From a virus (lineage: Duplodnaviria > Caudoviricetes), in the IMG/VR virus record IMGVR_UViG_3300030095_005826, positions 1-36,333 of that record: 36,333 nucleotides of DNA. The stretch is one strand, 5' to 3'. Position 1 is the first letter of the stretch. Each line of letters opens with the position of its first letter. The notes below the pieces were generated by a model, which saw nothing but the letters and a program-made list of their open reading frames with translations, was not told the DNA's origin and made no database searches. The translations under genes and the position numbers were made by a program. Below, piece by piece: positions 18,776 through 29,500 of the stretch.

Positions 18776-18783
18776 CAAATATA
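18776..18783 (-). promoter_or_regulatory. Bacteroidota-type -7 promoter element TAnnTTTG
   Basis: TATATTTG on the minus strand in the intergenic gap about 30 nt upstream of the 18744 start; no clear -33 TTTG. Confidence 0.45.
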
Positions 18784-18787
18784 GTGG

Positions 18788-19003
18788 TTATTCTTTTACA
18801 TTACGTGTCCACACTATACTGAGAGTAATAAATCCTAAAGCGCATTGCAAAGTTGTATCATACGTTCCATCGTCAAATTCTTGGTGGCTATATAAAAATC
18901 CAATCATAAACCCTATTATAGGGCCTATAGTTATATCTGCATTTTTAATTTGTCCTATTATTAATAACAACGTAAATATTCCAAGTAGTATATATGCTAT
19001 CAT
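18788..19003 (-). CDS. Small membrane protein (2-3 hydrophobic segments)
   Basis: MIAYILLGIFTLLLIIG...IGPIIGFMIGFLY...LQCALGFITLSIVW; likely start at 19003, just after the upstream stop. Confidence 0.65.
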   Translation of the reverse strand: MIAYILLGIFTLLLIIGQIKNADITIGPIIGFMIGFLYSHQEFDDGTYDTTLQCALGFITLSIVWTRNVKE

Positions 19004-19007
19004 AATT

Positions 19008-22000
19008 TTAACTGTGTACATAAGTACCACTAGATGTAAATTTTATTATTGTACTACTACCTGATGTTGTTACGGTAGGACTACCTGTTGTACTTCCTGA
19101 GTATTCTGATGTAAGTAATCTTAATATTACTACTCCTGAACCTCCCGCTCCACTTGTACTACGAGCACCACCTCCTCCACCACCGGTGTTAGCTGTTCCG
19201 CTTGTTCCTGTTGTAGTTGCACCGGCACCACCACCACCAGAGCCTCCAGAGCCAGCAGTTCCACCACCACCACCTCCACCGCCTCCGGCGTAGGTTACAG
19301 AACTCCCTGTTATACTTGATGCTAATCCTGCTCCACCATTTCCACCTGCACTTGTGCTACTATTTGAGCCAGCTGCAGAGGCTCCTCCACCACCACCTCC
19401 GTTATAAGATGCTTCTCCTATTCCTTGTCCTCCTGCATAACCTTGATCTGCAGTACCACTACCAGCAGCTCCACCTCCATGAGCACCTCCCCCTCCAGAG
19501 CCACCGGCTCTTCCGGATCCAGGATAACCTCCACCTCCACCTCCAATAGATGTTATTGTTGTTAATCCTGTTGCTGCTATAGAGGAATTTCCTCCGTCAT
19601 TTCCAGTCCCGTCTGAACCGCTTGTAGCTGCGCCTCCAGCTCCTACGGTAATTGTATAAGTTCCTGCAGATAAATGTATATCACCTTCTGGGAAAATTTT
19701 TCCACCCCCTGATATTGCTCCAGAAGAGCCATGAACATAAGTACCATAAGAAGTACGGAAACCACCAGCTCCTCCACCTGCTCCTGAACGAGCGTCACCT
19801 CTACCTCCTGAACCACCACCCGCAACACAAAGCCAAGACATTTTTCCAGCAGAATCATCAGAGGTAATATTTCTTTTAAAAGCTATAAATATATATTCAG
19901 CTCCACTTATATTATGGGGTCCATCACTATTTCTAAATCTAAATCCTCCTGTACTATTCTGTGCATGGCCTACTGCCATCATTTCACTGTACATTCTATC
20001 ATCACCAGAAGTTATTTCTGCATTATTATTATTTGCTTCTAAAGTATTAAAAGGATAGTTACTAAGACTCCTTGCGGTATCTGCTATAGCCCAATCACCT
20101 GAACTATCTGATCTTTTTACCATTAAAAAATCTGGTTCAAATCCACATGCAACAGAATTACCTGTGGCACTTCCATTCCCTGTATATGTTCCAAATTTAC
20201 TGTAACCTGATACACCGTGCCATAGATAAGCTATATATTGATTCCCTGCTTTATTTACACTATTTACTGTTTGTGCGCCTGCTGCAAATCCAAATGTAGT
20301 AGATCCTAAATTAGATTTAATAACCCCTCCATTATTACCCATACTTGTATAAGCCGCTGCATTAGAGCCTAGCCCAATTCCTTCGTCACTATCTAAGCTA
20401 ACATGAGTACAATTCCAACCGCCTGCTTCTGATAAATCTTTCATCATAAACCACTCAGGAGTAGCTGAAAGACCGTGTGGCACTCTACTTGAAGCATCAC
20501 CAGTCCCTGTCCATTTCACAATACTAAATCCTGCATTACTGTTTGCACTAACTAATGCTTTAATTGATTCGTTATATAAAGTAGTTATATCTGATGAACC
20601 TAATGCTGAATCATAAATTCTTACTCTACTTACTTCTCCATCCCAATATCCTGCGCTGGAGCCAAACTGTCCTAAATATAATCCTCCACCTGTTGAAGGA
20701 ACTGCTACGGTTGTACTTGTTGAAACTACTTCTGAACCATTTAAATATGCTTTTGCAGTAGTAGAAGAATGGTCATAAGTAATAGCAACGTGATACCAAG
20801 TATCTGTTGAAACACTTGATAAAATTGTTAACCAACCACTATTACCATCTTGATATTTAATTCCTCCATCTTTAATTCCTATTGCAACTCTACCTGTTCC
20901 TGCGGACCAGTTTAATGCTATTGCCATTCTTTCTCCACTACTTGTATCAGTATTTAACCAAAGTGAAACAGTATAATTTTGTGTTCTTGTAAATGATGAA
21001 TTTACAATTTGACTACTTGAACCATTAAATTCTACTGAATTACCAAATGGACCAGTTGATGTAAAAGTAATATTTGAAGCAGTACCATTATATGTTCCTG
21101 TAGAATCATCTGTGCTATCATTTTCAAATCTATAAGTTAAAATCGTGTCTGAATCATTTGCACCTTGTTCTAATATTGTCGGTTCGTTATCATCAGCTTT
21201 CCATCCCCAAGCGATATAAGTTTGGCTACTTTGATTTACAGCACCATCATTACCTACACTAAAACCATCAGTATTAAAACTTTGTAATCCTTGTGCTGAT
21301 GTAGCTTGTGCACTACTTGAGCTTGACATTATATAATTTGTAGGGCCTCTCATGGTATCTAACAATTCGTGACCACTTGTACTTGATCTTTCTTTATACC
21401 ATACAAGATTTGGTGAAAATCCAAAACCTGCAACACTTCTTGATGAGCCTGTACCAGTCCAATCTAGTGTATTAAAACTACTTGCTACTGTTGGGGCTTC
21501 TTCATCTGGATCTGCAGCGAATGCCATATAGATATATGTTTCGTTATTAGTATTTACTCCTCCTGAACCAGCACCACCTCCTGTGCCTACTGATTGGAAA
21601 CCGTTACTATAAAAATTTATTTGAGCTCCTACCTCTGTGTTTTCACCCGCATCAGATACTATAAGAGCTTTAGTTCTTGGATTTGTAGTATTTCTTACAT
21701 TATCAAATACTACCCAATTATCAGCCCCAGATGAACGTTTAATTAATAAATATCCTACCTCAAATCCCGTTTCTACAATAGGTCCATTTGTTGAGCCATT
21801 ACCTGTATATGAATTATATTTTGAGTACCCTTCTATATCATGAAAACAGTATGCAAGATATGATTCACCACTTGTATTTAAATTATCAATACTTGAACTA
21901 CCATTTGAAAATTGCATAACTGTTGACGTGGGGACATCCCAACCACCATGTGTTCCTGCTGATGTATTAAAAGCAGCATTAGAATCTAAATGACCACCAA

Positions 22001-22571
22001 ATTTAGCTCCAGAACCTGCGCCTGAGTGATAAACTTGCCAAACATCTGTTGAATCTCTATTTTTAGAAAGTATAACATTTGGAGCCGTACTTAATCCATG
22101 CCCCACAGTATGGGTGGCATTACCAGTTCCTTCCCATAATACAATTGAAATCCCTAGTGTATTATTTACTTGTACTGTTGAATTTATATTAGACCCATTA
22201 GTATTTGTTGCTGTAGTTCCTCCATTAATTTTCCAACACCACGCTACATAAGTCAAGCCATTTTGATTACTATTTGTTTCAGTTCCTAATGTAAAACCAT
22301 CAGCATCAAAAGATTTAATACTTGTAGCCATATTTTGTTCAGTTTGTCCTTGATTTGAATATACATATTTATTAGGACCTCTTGAGCTGTCTGACATTTT
22401 TGGTGAATGTGAATTAGTTCTGTTAGCTATCCAAACCCAATCAGGCTGAAATCCAACGCCTGTAATAGCGTGAGTCGATGCTCCATTACCAGTATATATA
22501 ACTACTTTAAAGTTTTCACTCGCCACAAATGGAGGCGGTGCTGAAGACATTAATCTTTTATTTAAACTCAT
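19008..22571 (-). CDS. Receptor-binding/adhesin protein: repeated YTGNG...GFQPD domains, LamG/ConA-like domain, C-terminal Gly-rich domain
   Basis: 1187 aa; repeats of (Y/W)TG(N/T)G...GFxPDxV; LamG motifs TVSLW, WYHVAITYD, YLNG, WDGEVSRVRIYDSAL; polyglycine C-terminus. Confidence 0.8.
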   Translation of the reverse strand: MSLNKRLMSSAPPPFVASENFKVVIYTGNGASTHAITGVGFQPDWVWIANRTNSHSPKMSDSSRGPNKYVYSNQGQTEQNMATSIKSFDADGFTLGTETNSNQNGLTYVAWCWKINGGTTATNTNGSNINSTVQVNNTLGISIVLWEGTGNATHTVGHGLSTAPNVILSKNRDSTDVWQVYHSGAGSGAKFGGHLDSNAAFNTSAGTHGGWDVPTSTVMQFSNGSSSIDNLNTSGESYLAYCFHDIEGYSKYNSYTGNGSTNGPIVETGFEVGYLLIKRSSGADNWVVFDNVRNTTNPRTKALIVSDAGENTEVGAQINFYSNGFQSVGTGGGAGSGGVNTNNETYIYMAFAADPDEEAPTVASSFNTLDWTGTGSSRSVAGFGFSPNLVWYKERSSTSGHELLDTMRGPTNYIMSSSSSAQATSAQGLQSFNTDGFSVGNDGAVNQSSQTYIAWGWKADDNEPTILEQGANDSDTILTYRFENDSTDDSTGTYNGTASNITFTSTGPFGNSVEFNGSSSQIVNSSFTRTQNYTVSLWLNTDTSSGERMAIALNWSAGTGRVAIGIKDGGIKYQDGNSGWLTILSSVSTDTWYHVAITYDHSSTTAKAYLNGSEVVSTSTTVAVPSTGGGLYLGQFGSSAGYWDGEVSRVRIYDSALGSSDITTLYNESIKALVSANSNAGFSIVKWTGTGDASSRVPHGLSATPEWFMMKDLSEAGGWNCTHVSLDSDEGIGLGSNAAAYTSMGNNGGVIKSNLGSTTFGFAAGAQTVNSVNKAGNQYIAYLWHGVSGYSKFGTYTGNGSATGNSVACGFEPDFLMVKRSDSSGDWAIADTARSLSNYPFNTLEANNNNAEITSGDDRMYSEMMAVGHAQNSTGGFRFRNSDGPHNISGAEYIFIAFKRNITSDDSAGKMSWLCVAGGGSGGRGDARSGAGGGAGGFRTSYGTYVHGSSGAISGGGKIFPEGDIHLSAGTYTITVGAGGAATSGSDGTGNDGGNSSIAATGLTTITSIGGGGGGYPGSGRAGGSGGGGAHGGGAAGSGTADQGYAGGQGIGEASYNGGGGGGASAAGSNSSTSAGGNGGAGLASSITGSSVTYAGGGGGGGGGTAGSGGSGGGGAGATTTGTSGTANTGGGGGGARSTSGAGGSGVVILRLLTSEYSGSTTGSPTVTTSGSSTIIKFTSSGTYVHS

Positions 22572-22575
22572 TTAA

Positions 22576-23055
22576 TTAAATATTAGGAAAATCGTATAAT
22601 ACTACTTCTTTTTTTTCTGTTAAAGCATTTATTTCTGTTTCAACAGTTGCTGATTGTGTTCTTAAATTTGTTCTTGCTGTTTGTACATCACTTGGAATTG
22701 CATCGTTGTTATCTGTTTTTCTAATAACATACCAATCCGTTTTAGCTAATTCAGAATTGACCATTGATTTAAAATGGTTTATTCTTTTTGTTTTTAATTC
22801 ATCTAAAGTTTCAGTCCATGTTTTATCAACTAAATCTTTTTTAAATACAGTGTTTGGTGAATCAAAATATATTTCACCTAGTGTATGAACTCTTTCATCA
22901 TAGTCATCACTTATTACAACATCAAACATTCCTGCGTTCTTTAACTTTTCTGCTGACATTTTAGTTGCATTCATATGCACGCCTGTAGAAGAGTGAAAAG
23001 AATCTGGCACTGAAGCGTATACTTTTATTTTTCCGTTATTATTTACTGCTTTCAT
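22576..23055 (-). CDS. Tail fibre assembly chaperone-like protein
   Basis: 159 aa; LAKTDWYVIR...IPSDVQTARTNLR motif; lies between fibre and adhesin genes. Confidence 0.6.
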   Translation of the reverse strand: MKAVNNNGKIKVYASVPDSFHSSTGVHMNATKMSAEKLKNAGMFDVVISDDYDERVHTLGEIYFDSPNTVFKKDLVDKTWTETLDELKTKRINHFKSMVNSELAKTDWYVIRKTDNNDAIPSDVQTARTNLRTQSATVETEINALTEKKEVVLYDFPNI

Positions 23056-23065
23056 ATATTATTTA

Positions 23066-24430
23066 TTATGGTGTTGTGTCTGACGCTATAGGTGCAACTG
23101 AATAGTAGAATATCTCACTTGAAGCATCATCAGCAACAACAATCTGTATTAAATTAGTTGTAGAGCCGTCGTAATTAACTGTTCCTATTTTATTAAACGT
23201 AGCACCTGACATTGCAAGTGTTAATGCGTGGTTACCTGCAACTATAAGATCAACTACCTGCCCTTGCTTAGGATTTGTTATTGTAAAAGTAGCATCTCCA
23301 TTCATAGTTGCTGTAAAAGTTGTAGCAGTTGCAAAATCTAATGTTTGATCTGTTCCTGTACCTTTAGCAACCAGTGTTGTATATCTTGGTTCTAATTTAG
23401 CATGTGTAATATTATCATCCACTATAGAAGCGGTTACCACTGCGTTTGAAGCAAGTTTTGCTGCTGTTACTGCATCATCAACCATAGATGCTTCTACTAC
23501 AGCACTTGCTGCTAATTGATCGGCTCCTACTGCATCATCTGCTATTTTAGCTTGTGTAACATTATCATCTACTATAGATGCCGTTACAACCGCATTAGCT
23601 GCCAGCTCATCAGCGCCTACTGCGTCGTTTGCCATTTTAGCTTGTGTTACTTGATCGTCGGCAATAGAGGCTGTAACCACTGCATTAGCTGCAAGTTCGT
23701 CTGCTCCTACTGCATCATCTGCCAGCATTGAGTTTACTATAACTCCTGCTCCTATAACAAAATCTAAAGTATTATCAGAATCATCGTAGCTTACTGCTAT
23801 TCCAGTTTCTGTATTACTACCAACCATAGCTCCTACTGTATCTGAAATTGTTTCAGCAAGTGTTGTACCATTAATTGTTATAGCGTCTGCTTCCAGTGTA
23901 CCATCTATATCTACATCACCTGAAATATCAAGGCTTGAAGCTTCTATCTCTCCTGATGTTTTAAAAATAACATTATCACCACCATCAACTTCAAAAATAA
24001 TTTGATTATCAGTTCCAAACTTTATTTGGTTATCACCATCTCTTCCAAGTATAAGTGATGTATTTAATACTGAAGTTATATTTGTCTGTGCTGCTGCTGC
24101 TGTTGCTGCGCCTCCTGCTGCTAAAGTAACGTCACCACTTATATTACCAAATATTGCATCTTCAAAATTTGAAGTTGTCATTTTAACAAGATTACCTGAA
24201 TCTGATGTATCTGATAGTATTACAAGATCATCTTGTGCAAAGTCAGTTATAGCGCTTGCAAGTGAATCACCATCAAGCTTATCCATATCTATAGCTGCTC
24301 CAGATGCTATCGATGCATTGACTACTGCGTTGGCTGCTAATTCCGCTGCGCCTACCGCATCGTCTGCAAGCTTTGCTTGTGTTACTGAATCGTCCGCTAA
24401 TACGTTAGCTGTTACTTTTGTTGTTGCCAT
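23066..24430 (-). CDS. Tail fibre protein 2 with 10-aa repeats
   Basis: 454 aa; AVGADELAAN/AVVTASIVDD/NVTQAKIADD repeats; shares modules with 26566-29799. Confidence 0.75.
   Translation of the reverse strand: MATTKVTANVLADDSVTQAKLADDAVGAAELAANAVVNASIASGAAIDMDKLDGDSLASAITDFAQDDLVILSDTSDSGNLVKMTTSNFEDAIFGNISGDVTLAAGGAATAAAAQTNITSVLNTSLILGRDGDNQIKFGTDNQIIFEVDGGDNVIFKTSGEIEASSLDISGDVDIDGTLEADAITINGTTLAETISDTVGAMVGSNTETGIAVSYDDSDNTLDFVIGAGVIVNSMLADDAVGADELAANAVVTASIADDQVTQAKMANDAVGADELAANAVVTASIVDDNVTQAKIADDAVGADQLAASAVVEASMVDDAVTAAKLASNAVVTASIVDDNITHAKLEPRYTTLVAKGTGTDQTLDFATATTFTATMNGDATFTITNPKQGQVVDLIVAGNHALTLAMSGATFNKIGTVNYDGSTTNLIQIVVADDASSEIFYYSVAPIASDTTP
23390..23730 (-). repeat. Coding tandem repeats (30-nt units, 90-nt super-period)
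   Basis: About 11 consecutive 10-aa units cycling AVGADxLA / AVVxASI / xVTxAK. Confidence 0.8.
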
Positions 24431-24441
24431 TTATTAATTAT

Positions 24442-24816
24442 TTATACTGTTAATTCAACTACTTTCCATTCTTGGTTTTCTTCATCCCAAGCATATATTT
24501 TTTCAGCTGATGCATCTTCTGGATATTGTACAGGCGCTTCCCATATATAATTTTCATTTAATGACCAACTTGCAAAAGGTTTAGGTGCATAAAAAGCATC
24601 ATTAACTTCATCATAAGTATAACCTATTCCTGCAAAATTATATCTAATATTGCCATTATAAGATGTTTGAACCCAATTTCTGTGTCCAAATAAACTCTCA
24701 CAAAAGTCAATACCTTTCTGTTCAGATTCTTCTTCACCTAATAATAATTCATTGTTATGTATAACAATTACTCTAGTTACTATGTTATTATCGTTTATTT
24801 CTGCAAAATGTGCCAT
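24442..24816 (-). CDS. Tail fibre/adhesin-associated small protein (chaperone-like)
   Basis: 124 aa; MAHFAEI...WVQTSYN...NFAGIGYTYD...DAFYAPKPFASW...WEAPV motif, typically found next to Gly-rich fibre genes. Confidence 0.7.
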   Translation of the reverse strand: MAHFAEINDNNIVTRVIVIHNNELLLGEEESEQKGIDFCESLFGHRNWVQTSYNGNIRYNFAGIGYTYDEVNDAFYAPKPFASWSLNENYIWEAPVQYPEDASAEKIYAWDEENQEWKVVELTV

Positions 24817-24833
24817 TTTAATTTATTTTAATT

Positions 24834-26564
24834 TTAACTATGTACATAAGTACCACTTCCTGTAAATTTAATTACAGTATCAGTTCCATCAGTAGTTACA
24901 GTTGGACTTCCTGTTGTAGTTCCTGAATAACTTGATGTAGGTATACGTAAAATAAATATACCTGACCCACCATTTCCACCGTGATCAGTCCTGTCACCGC
25001 CACCACCACCAGCTCCACCTGTATTAGCAGTTCCACTTGATGATGTAACACCTGATCTATTTCCTCCAGCTCCACCACCGCCAGTACCACCACTTCCAGG
25101 AGTTACAGAAAAAGTTCCATTACCACCTCCCCCTGCATAAGTAATACTGCTACCAGTTATAGAACTTGAAAGACCAGCACCTCCATTTTTACTTGCACCA
25201 GAACCTGCCCCATCTAAACCTGCTGTATAAGCACCACCTCCTGAGGCACCCCCTCCAGCTGAACCAACATCACCTCCATCAGAACCTTGACCAGTAATAC
25301 CACTTCCTCCAGGTGATGGATTAAAAGATGTTCCTCCTCCACCAGACCCACCGTCTCTACCATAATGATCTGTTGCAGGTGTTTCTCCTTGTCCACCCCC
25401 TCCAGCAGCACCTCCTCCACCAGTAGATATATGTAATATATTTGGTCCATTTATAATTGTATCATTTCCAGATTCCCCTCTTCTTCTATATCCTCCATTT
25501 ACACCACCTGAACCAACAGTAATTACATATGTTCCAGGTACTATTGATAATTGACTTTCAGCTGATGCGTTACCTCCAGATGTTCCATAAGAGGTTCTAA
25601 ATCCACCTGCACCTCCACCACCGCCATAATAACCTGATCCCCCAGCTCCACCACCTGCTACAGATAAAAAATGTGCGTTTGTTGTAGATGGTGTTATAGT
25701 AGAATGCTCATAAGTTCCTGATCCTGTAAATTTTATAATTGTATCTGAACCACTAGTAGTTACTGTAGGGCTTCCAGTTGTAATGCCGCTGTAAGACGCA
25801 GTAGGCATTCTTAAAACTATAATTCCAGAACCTCCGTTTCCAGGTTGTCCATTTTCTCCACCACCTCCGGCTCCTCCCCCTGTATTTGCTGTGCCATCAC
25901 CACCGTCATTATTTAGTCCTTGACCTAATCCACCACCTCCGGCTCCTCCGGCTCTTGTTGGAGAAGAATCACTTCCACCTCCACCACCACCTGCATAAGT
26001 TACAGCTGATCCAGTTATACTAACTGACAATCCATTTCCTCCTACACCACCTGTGCTATTTCTAAAACTTCCATTTCCACCTGCTTGAGCAGCACCACCA
26101 CCACCTGATCCGTCTTGCCCACCACCTGAATTAGTATTACCACCAGCATATCCTTGACCTGATGTACCTGCAGCACCTGCTCCTCCGTCACCACCACCTC
26201 CACCACCGGAGCCACCAGTTGACGCTACTCTTGTGCTAAAAGAACCACCATATCCACCTCCATTTGATGTAACTGTTGTAATACCAGGACCAGATATGAA
26301 AGAATCTAAACCTTTTTGTGAATTTGTTCCACCTGCTCCAACTATACAGGTATATGTACCATTTTCGAGTGTTAGTTTTGATTCAGAACTAGCACCACCT
26401 CCTGAGGTAGAGCCATATGACGTCCTTAAACCTCCTGCACCTCCTCCTCCTCCTCTATTAGAATAAGTTAAACCACCAGCAGAACCACCTCCAGCTACGA
26501 CTAAAAAATCTGCATCTACATTAGCTAAACCTGCTTTATATATATTTATTCCTTGTCCAAACAT
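24834..26564 (-). CDS. Glycine-rich adhesin with two tandem Gly-rich domains
   Basis: 576 aa; two copies of FLxVAGGG...GGGGAGGxRTSYG...GGSGIxxLR.PT.SYSG.TTGSPTVTT.G.DT.IKFTGSGTY.HS. Confidence 0.8.
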   Translation of the reverse strand: MFGQGINIYKAGLANVDADFLVVAGGGSAGGLTYSNRGGGGGAGGLRTSYGSTSGGGASSESKLTLENGTYTCIVGAGGTNSQKGLDSFISGPGITTVTSNGGGYGGSFSTRVASTGGSGGGGGGDGGAGAAGTSGQGYAGGNTNSGGGQDGSGGGGAAQAGGNGSFRNSTGGVGGNGLSVSITGSAVTYAGGGGGGSDSSPTRAGGAGGGGLGQGLNNDGGDGTANTGGGAGGGGENGQPGNGGSGIIVLRMPTASYSGITTGSPTVTTSGSDTIIKFTGSGTYEHSTITPSTTNAHFLSVAGGGAGGSGYYGGGGGAGGFRTSYGTSGGNASAESQLSIVPGTYVITVGSGGVNGGYRRRGESGNDTIINGPNILHISTGGGGAAGGGGQGETPATDHYGRDGGSGGGGTSFNPSPGGSGITGQGSDGGDVGSAGGGASGGGAYTAGLDGAGSGASKNGGAGLSSSITGSSITYAGGGGNGTFSVTPGSGGTGGGGAGGNRSGVTSSSGTANTGGAGGGGGDRTDHGGNGGSGIFILRIPTSSYSGTTTGSPTVTTDGTDTVIKFTGSGTYVHS

Positions 26565-26565
26565 A

Positions 26566-29500
26566 TTATCCTATTTGACTTATACTATACCAAAATTCAG
26601 TTGCACTTACACAAGTAATTTGATAAAAGTTTTTAGTTGAACTTGTATCATCATATGTGCCAGTTATTTTATTAAATGTACCACTTGCTCCACCTACTGT
26701 CCAAGTATCAGCAGTATATGTACTTCCTGCTCCTGTTACTATTATTGATTTTGTTACTCCTATTTTAGGGTTGGTTATGTTAAAAGTAGTATTTGCATTA
26801 GGTGTTAAAGTAAATACTTGTGCTGCATCAAAATCTACAGCAACTGTTGCACCTGCGCTTAAAGCATCAATTGTAGAAAATTCATCATCTATTTTTTCAT
26901 AGCTTACCGCATTGTCTACAATGCTTGCATTAACAACTGCATTTGAAGCTAATTCATCTGCTCCAATCGCATCATTAGCTACTTTTGCCTGCGTTATTTG
27001 GTCATCAGCAATATGGGCAGTATCAATTGAACCATCTGTGTAGTGCTCTGAATTTATAGCATCATCTGCAATCTTAGCCCCAGTTATTGCGTCTGCTGCT
27101 ATCATTCCACTTGCAACTGTTCCTGAATCACCTGTACCTACTAAATTACCTGATGCTGTAGGTAAAACTAAGGCCGCTGAACTACCCGCACTATGAGGTG
27201 CTGCTTTTAATGTTTGATAATGTGCATTACTAACTTCACAATAAAATCTCATTTCAGCTACATTACCTGTACCTGTTCTAATTTGTATTGATCCATCGTT
27301 TATTGTTACACCACCTGATGATCCATTACCACCTATTGTTGCGGCTCCAGTTGTATTTACTGTAGTAGCTTCAATTTCACCTGATGCTTTAAATATTACA
27401 TTGTCTCCTCCACTAACCTCAAATATTATTTGGTTGTCTGTTCCAAATTTAATTTGATTATCCGCGTCTCTACCTAATACTAAAGATGTATTAAGTATCG
27501 ATGTAATACCTGTTTGAGCAGCATCCATATTTATAACTGAGCTAGATGCTGTAAGTCCTGTACCTGCAAAAAGTGTAGCTATATCTGCTAATGCTTCTTT
27601 CTTAGCTGTTCCTGTTGCACCACCATCTAAAAATAACATATAATCGCCATCTGCAATTGCCGCTTCTGCTGCTTCAGATAAATCTACATTAAATGTTACA
27701 TCGCCTGTTGCTCCACTAACGTCCATTAATGTTCCAGCTACTGCTGATTGAACCATATTACTAATATTAACGGATCTCATATGATAAACCTCTACTTTAG
27801 CCCCGTTAGGTACATTAGTATCAAAAGTTAATGTTGTTCCTGATACCGCGTATGTATTATGATGCTGATACACACCATCCATGTAAACCATTAATTCATT
27901 TTCGCTTACTGTTGATGAACTTAATGTATAAGCAGTTGTGCTTCCATTACCTGTATATTCGTTTATTTCAACTACGTTTGCACCAGCGGCTATCGTTATT
28001 GTATCACTAGATGCGTTTGTTGTAATTGTAGTTCCTGTTCCTCCTACCAAAGTTAATGTATCTGCTGTACCATCTGCAACTATATCATCTTCTCCAGATA
28101 CTGCTATTGTTTTAAATGCATCACCCGCTGCAGAAACATCTAAAGTAATTGCATTGTCTGCATTTGTAATAGTAACATTGTTACCCGCTGTTAAAGTTGC
28201 TGCTGCCGGACCGCTTGTACCACCAATTAATAATTGACCATTTGTGCTCATTGCTACACCAGCTAATGTATCTGTACCACTATCTTGTGATATAATAACT
28301 GCTTTATCAGCAAATGATGTTGCATTAGTACCTCCTGATGCTACTGCTAAGGTAGCTGATAATCCACTTGCATTACCTGTTACTGCTCCTTCTAAGTTTG
28401 CAACTAGTGTTCCTATTGCATATCCTGTTCCACTAGTATTTACTGTTGTTGTAGGTTCAGTCTGTAAATCTTTAAATAGTTTCCATTTCCCACTATCACT
28501 TGCGTCTCTAAATAATCCTGAATATAAATCTTGTGAACCAGATGTGTCGTATAATCCGTATAATCCTAAATCAACACTATCTGATGAATTGTTACCGCTA
28601 CCTACAACTACTAATGGATCTTCTACACTGAGTGTTGCGGTGTTAACCGTTGTAGTATCACCTTGTACTGTTAAATTACCTGTTACTACTAAGTTATCAC
28701 CTATTGTAGTTTCAGATGTTCCATGCCCAATTGTTATTGCTGTTCCGCTTATCCCTGTTCCAATAGATACTGATTCACTTGAATTAGCAGTATCAAAAAT
28801 CATATAAGCATCACTGCCTTGCTTAATAGTAAGCGCTGCAGCTCTATTATCTGTTAAAGCAATATTTATATCGTTGGTTGCTGCTGATATACTATCTAAT
28901 CCTATATCTGCTACATTTGAAAAGTTATTACCAGAAACACTTAAGGTTCCACCTATGCTCACATTACCTGTTGTTGTGATAGAATCTATATAAGCATCCT
29001 TAAAATATAAACTAGATGTTCCTAAATCAACGTCGGAGTCTGTTACTGGTGATAAAGCACCGTCTGTTAATTTAATTTGATCCGCTCCGGCTGTTCTTAG
29101 TGTAATAATATTATCAGATGTAAAATCAATATCATTGTCAGCATCTCTACCTAAAACTAAACTTGTGTTTAAAACAGACGTAATTGAAGTTTGTGCACCT
29201 GCTACTGCAACATCATTAGCGTTTACTGTAATACCTGTTCCTGCTCCTACTGCTAATACTGAGTTTGCTGCTGTTAAACCGGCACCTGCAAATAACGTTG
29301 CTAAGTCATCTAACCCTTCTTTTTTAGTAACTGAAGAATCAGTTGCGTCTAAGAAAAGAATTAAATCCCCGTTTGCTATACCCGTTTCAGTAACAGAAAA
29401 TGTAGGTGAAGCTAAAGATGGTGATGTTAATGTTTTATTTGTAAGTGTATCTGTTGTTGCTCTACCTACTAAAGTATCTGACGACGTTGGTAAAGTAAGT

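Noticed and set aside
19643-25450. Same-strand alternative-frame ORFs in Gly-rich genes (19643-19858, 24896-25093, 25214-25450)
   Set aside because: GGN runs read as Val/Glu in +1 and lack stops by construction.
19008-26564. Diversity-generating retroelement suggested by similar gene 3' ends
   Set aside because: No reverse transcriptase in the window, all copies are coding, and the differences are not adenine-specific.
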